From an uncultured Gammaproteobacteria bacterium (GTDB taxonomy: Bacteria > Pseudomonadota > Gammaproteobacteria > JASBUN01), in the NCBI GenBank assembly GCA_963762165.1, contig CAVXJN010000003.1, forward strand, positions 1,440,694 through 1,504,693: a DNA stretch of 64,000 nucleotides, in the 5' to 3' direction. A program made the position numbers and the translations under genes. Below are positions 56,892 through 64,000 of this stretch, in pieces. Below the pieces are notes generated by a model. That model did not search any database, was not told the origin of the DNA, and worked only from the letters and a program-made list of their open reading frames with translations. How positions within the stretch are numbered: the stretch's first letter is position 1; each line of letters opens with the position of its first letter.

Positions 56892-58673
56892 ATGCATATT
56901 GCGCTGGCGCGAAATTGCTGGTTTCTATTGCTGCTCGTCCGCTTAGCGTCGCCGGTGGCTGCGGCGGAAAAGGACGTTGACCAGCTGGCGCGCATACAAA
57001 TCCTCGCCGACGCAGGCGCCACAGAGCTGGCGCTGAAGCTGCTTGACGAGGATCAAGCCAAAGTCGTCGACCCCGGAAAATGGGCGCGCTGGGAACGGGC
57101 GCGAATGGAAATGCTGGCTGCGGCCGGGCGCTGGCAGGCGTTGTTGTCCCGCGCCGACGCGTTGCCGGTGCAACTGCCGGCAACGTTTCTGCAATGGGCG
57201 CGGACCCAAGAGGCGCGCGCGGCATTGCAACTGAATGACGGCGATCGCGCGGTGCGCCTGTTGCGGCGGTTGATCTGGCGCTATGGGCGCGACGCCGATG
57301 AGCTGGCCGAGTGGCGCCGACTGCTGGTGCGGGCTTATCTCAGCGCTGCACTGCCCCAGGACGCGACCAAGACGGTACGGCTCTACGAACAGGATTACGA
57401 GCCCACGGATCTGGAATGGCGGCGCCTGCGCGCCCGGGTTTTGCTCGCCAACGATCGTCCCCAACAGGCCCGCGCGCTGCTTGGCAACGACGCCGGCGGT
57501 GAAGCCCGGGCGTTATATCTGCTGGCGGCACTGCGCAGTGGGGCCATGACGCCGGCCGAAACCGCGCGCCAAGCCCAGGGGGCTGCGCAAGCCAAAAACG
57601 TGCCCGCCGCCATGCAGGCTGAATTATGGGCGGTGGCGGCCGCGGCCTGGAAAGCCAAAGGCGCCCACGAGCAGCACCTGGCGGCATTGGCCAACGCGGT
57701 CGCGGCGGGAGGCAGCAGCGGATTGGTGGTCGCCGACGGCCCCAGGTTGTGGCGTGCCTTTCGCGAGTACGGTCATGTGTTGGGCAACCAGCGTCAATTG
57801 CTTACCGGCGACGACCACGATTGGCTGCAGGCGGCGGAAAAGGTGGCTGCAGAGCATCCGCTGCAGGCCTGTGCGCTGTATTCCGTGCTCACCGAAACCG
57901 GCAGTGCGGCCGGCCGACGTGCTGCTCACGCCAAGCTTGCGGCGCTGCTGGAAGCCCAACCCCATGGCGTCGCCTTGCTGCGCGCCATGTACCTGCAGAA
58001 AAACGGGGTGGCGCGAATCGCGGACCTGCCGGCCCCGGTATGTCATCGTCTGGCCGACGTGGCTTTGGCCGACTCCGATTTCGCGCTCGCCTCGCGGCTC
58101 ATGGGAAATCTGAGCGAACCGCCGCGGGGCGTGGATCAATGGTTCTGGCAACTGCGGCGGGCGCGCATTCTGATCATGGGCGGAGACTACGAAGCGGGCG
58201 CCGATGCCCTGGAGCAGCTGCTTGCTGCCAAGGAGCCTTTATCCCGCGAGCGCTTGGACCGGCTGATGCAAGTACTGTTCGATCTGCAGCGGGTGGGCGC
58301 CCACAAGCGTGCATTAGCGTTGTTCGCCCAATTGCCGCTGGCGGGGCAAGACGTCAAACTGCGGCGCGAAGTGCTGTATTGGCGTGCCGATTCACACAAG
58401 GCACTCGGCCAGTATGCGCGCGCCGCGCAGTTGTATCTGGAATCGGCGTGGCTGCCAGGCGTGAAGACTGCCGATCAATGGTCGCAGACGGCGCAATATC
58501 AGGCCGCGGACGCGTTGCGCCAAGCCGGCATGACCGACGATGCCCGGCGCATCTACCAGCGCTTGTTGGCGATCACCGCCGACCCCGGTCGGCGCGCAGT
58601 GCTGCGCAGCCGTTTGCAGCAGTTGTCGCTGTCGGAAGGGAAATTGCAACCCGATGCCGAATCGTCCCATTGA
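56892..58673 (+). CDS. secreted helical-repeat (TPR-like) protein, hypothetical
   Basis: Ala/Leu-rich repeats after the signal peptide MHIALARNCWFLLLLVRLASPVAAA. The start was moved to ATG 56892 because the rplS terminator lies inside the first 20 codons of ORF 56829..58673. Confidence 0.5.
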   Translation: MHIALARNCWFLLLLVRLASPVAAAEKDVDQLARIQILADAGATELALKLLDEDQAKVVDPGKWARWERARMEMLAAAGRWQALLSRADALPVQLPATFLQWARTQEARAALQLNDGDRAVRLLRRLIWRYGRDADELAEWRRLLVRAYLSAALPQDATKTVRLYEQDYEPTDLEWRRLRARVLLANDRPQQARALLGNDAGGEARALYLLAALRSGAMTPAETARQAQGAAQAKNVPAAMQAELWAVAAAAWKAKGAHEQHLAALANAVAAGGSSGLVVADGPRLWRAFREYGHVLGNQRQLLTGDDHDWLQAAEKVAAEHPLQACALYSVLTETGSAAGRRAAHAKLAALLEAQPHGVALLRAMYLQKNGVARIADLPAPVCHRLADVALADSDFALASRLMGNLSEPPRGVDQWFWQLRRARILIMGGDYEAGADALEQLLAAKEPLSRERLDRLMQVLFDLQRVGAHKRALALFAQLPLAGQDVKLRREVLYWRADSHKALGQYARAAQLYLESAWLPGVKTADQWSQTAQYQAADALRQAGMTDDARRIYQRLLAITADPGRRAVLRSRLQQLSLSEGKLQPDAESSH

Positions 58674-59157
58674 GACCACCGCGATCGCAGTGATTCCGGC
58701 GCCGTTCGGCCGGGTAGGCATCTGGGTTGGCGACGGCTGCCTGGAGCGCCTAGAACTGCTGTCCGGCGATGGCCCGCTGCGGGCGCCGGTATCTGGGCTG
58801 TCGGTACAGGTGGCGCAGCAGCTGGCGCACTATTTCCGCAGTCCACGCTTTCGATTCTCCGTGCCGTTGCAACCACTCGGTACCCCGTTTCAGCAGCGGG
58901 TGTGGGCGTCGCTGGGCGACATCCCGGTCGGTGAAGTGCGTACGTACGGCGAATTGGCCACCGCCCTCGGCACCGGCGCCCGGGCCGTGGGTGGGGCCTG
59001 CCGCGCCAATCCGGTCCCCATCATCGTGCCCTGCCACCGGGTCGTGGCGGCGGTGGGAATCGGCGGCTTCGCCGGACACACGATGGGCGCGCAACTGGCG
59101 TGGAAGCATTGGTTATTGGCCCACGAAGGACGAGGCTTCCCCGCCACCGGCCCTTGA
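58654..59157 (+). CDS. ogt: methylated-DNA--protein-cysteine S-methyltransferase
   Basis: The active site PCHRVV is present with the surrounding helix-turn-helix region. The start is at the Met of MPNRPIETT. Confidence 0.8.
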   Translation: MPNRPIETTAIAVIPAPFGRVGIWVGDGCLERLELLSGDGPLRAPVSGLSVQVAQQLAHYFRSPRFRFSVPLQPLGTPFQQRVWASLGDIPVGEVRTYGELATALGTGARAVGGACRANPVPIIVPCHRVVAAVGIGGFAGHTMGAQLAWKHWLLAHEGRGFPATGP

Positions 59158-59230
59158 AAGTCGGCTACGGCGCCCCCATAAGCACAGCTTTGAACGTGGT
59201 GGACCGGTTACTCAAGGAGAAGCGCGGATC

Positions 59231-61127
59231 ATGACTGTCGACACCCATAAAGAAACCCTCGAATTTCAGACCGAAGTGCAGCAGCTGCTGCACCTGATGA
59301 TTCATTCGCTGTATTCGAACAAGGAGATCTTTCTGCGTGAACTGATCTCCAATGCCTCGGATGCCTGCGACAAGCTGCGCTTCGAAGCGCTGACCGACGA
59401 CGCCCTGTACGAAGGCGACAGCGATCTGAAGATCCGCGTGTCGTTCGACAAGGAAGCACGCACCGTGACGGTCGCCGACAACGGTATCGGCATGAGCCGC
59501 CAGGAAGTGATGGACAACCTCGGCACCATCGCCAAGTCCGGCACCCAGCAGTTCTTCCAGTCGCTCACCGGCGATCAGGCCAAGGACACCAAGCTCATCG
59601 GCCAGTTCGGCGTCGGTTTCTATTCCGCTTTCATCGTCGCCGACAAGGTCACGGTGACCACGCGCCGCGCCGGGCTGGGCGCCGAACACGGCGTGCGGTG
59701 GGAGTCCGACGGCAAGGGCGCGTATACCCTGGAGAACGTCGAACAGGACCGAGCACGGCACCGAAGTGACGCTGCACCTGCAAGCAGGACGAGGACGAAT
59801 TTCTCGAACCCTACCGGCTGCGCGCACATCATCAAGAGTACTCCGACCACATCAATCTGCCGATCCGATGCATGGCGCAGGCGAGGATGACGATGACGCG
59901 AGGACGAAACCGTCAACCAGGCATCGGCGCTGTGGGCGCGGCCCAAGTCCGAAATCAGCGACGAGGAATACAAGGAGTTCTACAAGCACGTCGCCCACGA
60001 CTTCGAGGACCCGCTGGCCTGGACCCATAACCACGTCGAGGGCACCCAGAGCTACACCGGTCTGCTGTATATCCCCAAGCGGGCGCCGTTCGATCTGTGG
60101 GACCGCGACAAGCGGCATGGCATCAAGCTGTACGTGCGCCGCGTATTCATCATGGACGACGCCGAGCAATTGATGCCGCAATTATCTGCGTTTCGTGCGC
60201 GGTCTGGTGGATTCCGACGACCTGCCGCTCAATGTGTCCCGCGAAATTCTGCAGCACAACCGTCAGATCGACACCATCCGCGGCGCATCCGTGAAGAAGA
60301 GTGCTGGCGCTGCTGGAAGAATTGGCGGAAAAGGATGCCGGAGAAGTACGCGCGAATTCTGGGACCAATTCGGCCAAGTGCTGAAGGAAGGCCCGGCGGA
60401 AGACTTCGGCAACCGCGAGCGGATCGCCAAGTTGCTGCGTTTTGCCTCGACCCACAGCGACACCGCGGCGCAGGAGGTTTCGCTGCAGGACTACATCGGG
60501 CGCATGCAGGAAGGACAGGAGAAGATCTACTACGTCACCGCCGACACCTTCGCCGCGGCCAAGAGCAGCCCGCATCTGGAGATATTCCGCAAGAAGGGCA
60601 TCGAAGTGCTGTTGCTGCACGATCGCATCGACGAGTGGATGATTTCCCATCTGAGCGAATTCGATGGCAAGAAGCTGCAATCGGTCGCCAAGGGCAGCCT
60701 CGATCTCGGTGCCCTGGAAGATAAGGAGGAAAAAGAGCAGCTCGAGCGCGAGGCCGACGCCCACAAGGATTTCATCGATCGTATGCGCAAAGCCTTGGGC
60801 GACAGGATCAAGGACGTACGCGTCAGCCACCGACTGACCGATTCGCCTTCGTGCCTGGTGGTCGAGGAAGACGACATGGCGCTCAGTCTGCAGAAGGTAC
60901 TGAAACAGGCGGGACACGACGTTCCGGCAGTCCAGCCAATCCTGGAAATCAACCCGCAGCATCCGCTGGTGGTGCGTTTGGAGCAGGCCGGAGACGAAGA
61001 ACGATTCGCCGACTGGAGCAGCCTGTTATTGGAACAGGCGACGCTGGCTGAAGGCGGGCAGTTGGAAGATCCGGCGGCGTTCGTGGCGCGATTGAACCAG
61101 CTGCTGCTGACGCTGGCCAAGGAATGA
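59231..61127 (+). pseudogene. htpG: molecular chaperone HtpG (Hsp90); at least 2 frameshifts around 59750-60200, probably sequencing error
   Basis: The N-terminal ATPase domain ([45 protein letters not shown]) is in ORF 58769..59890, and the middle and C-terminal domains are in ORF 60195..61127. The joining region reads correctly only by frame-hopping ([14 protein letters not shown] in the third frame). Confidence 0.9.
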
Positions 61128-61173
61128 AGTGCGATCTGTTAGACTGCGCTCATCGAAGCCAAAAGTAGCGTTC

Positions 61174-61680
61174 ATGTCACGACCAGAGCCAAAGCGGCGA
61201 CTTCGCGATGCTGTCGGTCGGTTCGCCAGTGTGCTGGGCCCGGACGCCTTGCTGCGGGGCGAACTCGCCGGCAGTGGCGATTACATCGTACTCGGCCGGG
61301 TGGAAGGCGACTCGGCGCTGGAGGGAACCGTGGTGCTGGAGCGCAGCGGCGTCTGGCGGGGCCGCTTGCAGGCCCGTTCCCTGGTGATATCGGGAACCTT
61401 GGAAGGTGAGGCGGTGGCTGCGGAGCGGGTCGAACTCACCGCCAGTGCGCGGGTGCGCGGCGATATCCTCGCGCCGTCCATCGCCATCGCCGAAGGGGCT
61501 GTATTCGAGGGCAAGATCCAAAGCGGCACCGAGTTCCGAGGTGACACGTTTCCAGGACCGCCGTCAGGAGCGTTGAATCGTGAGCGACAACGAAGAATCG
61601 TTGCGCATCGACAAATGGCTTTGGGCGGCACGATTCTTCAAGACCCGCTCTCTGGCGGCCGAAGCGGTGGCTGGCGGTAA
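61174..61680 (+). CDS. bactofilin-family polymer-forming cytoskeletal protein
   Basis: The beta-helical repeat core is GELAGSGDYIVLGRVEGD...VERVELTASARVRGDI...AEGAVFEGKI. The C-terminal about 33 codons overlap hslR in another frame, so the 3' end is suspect. Confidence 0.6.
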   Translation: MSRPEPKRRLRDAVGRFASVLGPDALLRGELAGSGDYIVLGRVEGDSALEGTVVLERSGVWRGRLQARSLVISGTLEGEAVAAERVELTASARVRGDILAPSIAIAEGAVFEGKIQSGTEFRGDTFPGPPSGALNRERQRRIVAHRQMALGGTILQDPLSGGRSGGWR

Positions 61681-61978
61681 AGTGCACGTCGACGGCCAGC
61701 GGGCTAAACCGGCACGGCCCCTGCGACTCGGCAATGAAGTCAGAATCCGTAAAGGTCCGCTCGAATTCACTGTAATGGTGCGCGCGCTGAGTGGGAAGCG
61801 CGGCTCCGCCACTGTCGCGCAAACACTGTACGAGGAAACCGAGGACAGTGTCGCTGCCCGTGCCGCGTTGGCCGAGCAGCGCCGGCTCGCGGAACTGGCC
61901 ACCCCGAGCGTCGGCACCAAACCCGACAAGCGAGCGCGCCGGCAGATCGTGCGTTTTACGCGCAAGCAGGGCGGTTGA
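61580..61978 (+). CDS. hslR: ribosome-associated heat-shock protein Hsp15 (S4 domain)
   Basis: [36 protein letters not shown] matches E. coli HslR. It has a GTG start. Confidence 0.85.
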   Translation: MSDNEESLRIDKWLWAARFFKTRSLAAEAVAGGKVHVDGQRAKPARPLRLGNEVRIRKGPLEFTVMVRALSGKRGSATVAQTLYEETEDSVAARAALAEQRRLAELATPSVGTKPDKRARRQIVRFTRKQGG

Positions 61979-62025
61979 GCTGTACCATACTGGATTCATC
62001 CGGCTGCAATCGCTTTGGCACCCTC

Positions 62026-62436
62026 ATGTCTCGACCCACCACGCCGCTGTTAACGGTCGATGTGATCATCGAAATGGTCGACCGTCCCGACGAACCCATC
62101 GTGCTCATCGAGCGGCGCAACGAGCCCCACGGCTGGGCGTTGCCCGGCGGCTTCGTGGACGTCGGTGAAACGGTCGAGCAGGCCGCAGTCCGGGAAATGG
62201 CCGAGGAAACCGGATTGAAGGTCAAGCTGGTACGCTTGCTGGGCGTGTATTCGGACCCCACCCGCGATCCGCGCGGGCATACGGTCAGCGTGGTGTTCGT
62301 CGGCGAGGCCCGGGGTACGCCCAAAGCAGCGGACGACGCGCGCAACGTGGCCTGTTTCGCCGCCGACGCCGTTCCGGCCCTCGCTTTCGACCACGCGCAC
62401 AATATTGCGGGACTATCTACGCAGTTGCGACGATAG
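62026..62436 (+). CDS. NUDIX hydrolase
   Basis: The Nudix box is [23 protein letters not shown]. Confidence 0.8.
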   Translation: MSRPTTPLLTVDVIIEMVDRPDEPIVLIERRNEPHGWALPGGFVDVGETVEQAAVREMAEETGLKVKLVRLLGVYSDPTRDPRGHTVSVVFVGEARGTPKAADDARNVACFAADAVPALAFDHAHNIAGLSTQLRR

Positions 62437-62567
62437 CAGCAACCGCGCCTTCAATCCCCGCTGAACCATCCGCGCGCGTTACGGAAGGCGCGCCGCAGAT
62501 TTGATATCCTAGTAAACTGCTTCGTTTTTAACCCATTTATTCTTTAGGTGTATTGACTGGAGTTTCC

Positions 62568-63619
62568 ATGCGCCCAGCACAGTTGTCGTTAATCTTGGAG
62601 CGCGAGTTCGAAAGCACACGCGATGGCCACCACACGCCCGTCATGATGTGGGGGCCGCCCGGGGTGGGCAAGTCCCAGATCGTGATGCAGGTCGCCGCCA
62701 AGCACAACGTGGCGGTGATCGACATCCGCTTGTCGCAAATGGAGCCGTCGGATCTGCGCGGCATTCCGTTCCGCGTCGGCGAGCACGTGGAGTGGGCCGT
62801 GCCCGCAATGCTGCCGGATGCACAGCGCCATGGCGCTGCAGGGCATCCTGTTCCTGGACGAAATCACGTCTGCGCCGCCGAGCGTTTCGGCTGCCGCGTA
62901 CCAGCTGATTCTGGACCGCAAACTCGGGCGCCTATGAAGTGCCGCTGGGCTGGGCGATTTTTGCCGCGGGCAATCGCCAGGGCGATCGTGGCGTGACCTA
63001 CAGCATGCCGGCGCCGTTGGCCAACCGTTTTTCCCATTTCGAAATGAGCGTCAATCTGGACGACTGGGTCGCCTGGGCGTACCAGCACGGCATCGACGAA
63101 CGGGTGATCGGCTTTCTGCGCTTTCGCCCCGAATTGCTGTTCGATTTCGATCCGGCCCACAATCCGGTGGCGTTCCCGTCGCCGCGTTCCTGGGAGTTTG
63201 CCCATCGCGCGCTGCAGAAGTTCGGCCATAACCGCGAAATGTTGATCGGACGCGCTGCAGGCCTGCGTCGGTCCGGCGGCCGGCATCGAGTTGGCGTGCA
63301 TTCGTCGAAAATCTGGATAAGCTGCCGGACATCGACGCCATCGTGAACGGCGAAACGGTGAAGGTGCCGAAGGAAGTCGATCTTGCAATACGCGGTGGCC
63401 TCGGCGCTGGTGGGCCGTGCCATCAAAGCCAAGGACACGCCCGACGCGCAGCAGGTCTGGGGCCGGATTCTCGATTTCGCCGGCAGCTTTTCGCAGCGGG
63501 AAATGGGCGTGATGCTGGTCTCGGACATGCACCGTGCCATCGGCCAGGATCTGTTCGCCGTGCCGCAGTTTTCCAATTGGGCGCAAGCCGTCGCCGACGT
63601 GATGCTGTTCAGCAATTGA
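62568..63619 (+). pseudogene. MoxR-like AAA+ ATPase (AAA_5 type); at least 2 frameshifts
   Basis: Walker A WGPPGVGKSQ in ORF 62553..62996. Walker B and sensor (ILFLDEITSAPP; WAIFAAGNRQGDRG...LANRF) are in the 62864-63340 frame. The C-terminal part ends with LFSN at 63619 in a third frame. Confidence 0.65.
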
Positions 63620-63654
63620 TCAACTACGCGATGCGTGTCCGGGAGCCGCGTTGA

Positions 63655-64000
63655 ATGAGTGCACAAGACGTCGAAACCAAACTGAGCGCCGCGCGCACGC
63701 GGCTGATACTCGACAAGCCGTTTCTGGGCGCGCTGGTGCTGCGTCTGCCGATGGTGGCGGGCGATCCGAACTGGTGCCGTACCACCGGCACCGATGCCCG
63801 CACGCTTCTATTACAACCAGGATTACATCGCCGACCTGAGTCTGGCGCAGACGCAGTTCATGCTCGCCCACGAAGCCTTGCATTGCGCCTTGTCCCACTT
63901 TGCGCGCCGCCAGCACCGGGTCAAACACCGCTGGGATCTGGCCTGCGATTTCGCCATCAATCCGATCCTCGATCAAAGAGGGGCTGACACCGCCGCCCGA
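63655..64000 (+). pseudogene. DUF2201 (putative metallopeptidase N-domain) / VWA partner of the MoxR-like ATPase; frameshifted near 63790; the 3' end lies outside the window
   Basis: LILDKPFLGALVLRLP then, in another frame, YYNQDYIADLS...FMLAHEALHCALSHFARR...WDLACDFAINPIL. This is the conserved HExxH-like DUF2201_N pattern. Confidence 0.55.

Overview
This 64-kb window is high-GC chromosomal backbone, most likely from a gammaproteobacterium, and is densely packed with housekeeping genes on both strands. There is no integrase, transposase, CRISPR array or rRNA/tRNA gene in it.

Genes I can recognise:
- A 5'-truncated MBL-fold hydrolase, a methyl-accepting chemotaxis protein and purL.
- msrPQ, a DUF815 ATPase, a CheY-like receiver, ettA, an HDAC/AcuC-like deacetylase and glyA.
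- The nrdR-ribD-ribE-ribBA-ribH-nusB-thiL-pgpA block.
- A retropepsin-like protease, folE2 and the dxs-ispA-xseB block.
- A rubrerythrin / CCG Fe-S oxidoreductase / EncFtn-like ferritin / DUF3501 cluster.
- parE-parC.
- A membrane adenylate cyclase translationally coupled to a TPR lipoprotein, and a DUF1015 gene.
- A c-di-GMP neighbourhood: a receiver-PAS-GGDEF-EAL protein, a GNAT acetyltransferase and a large PilZ-like protein.
- The EF-P beta-lysylation module epmB / efp / epmA, plus two small PilZ proteins and a dual-FHA protein.
- psd, PCuAC-SCO1 and prmB.
- ypjD, corC, a class-II cyclic-nucleotide phosphodiesterase, ffh and the rpsP-rimM-trmD-rplS operon.
- ogt, htpG, a bactofilin, hslR, a NUDIX hydrolase, and a MoxR-like AAA ATPase with a partial DUF2201/VWA partner at the window edge.

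Two points stand out:
- **Frameshifts.** Many clearly essential genes are split across two or three frames, roughly one indel per 2.5 kb. I read this as low consensus accuracy, not biology, and report full spans marked as frameshifted.
- **Best candidate system.** The most interesting locus is the rubrerythrin - Fe-S oxidoreductase - EncFtn-like - DUF3501 cluster (about 25.8-28.8 kb). It has its own sigma70-like promoter and a perfect palindromic operator, and the encapsulated-ferritin homolog sits there with no encapsulin shell gene.
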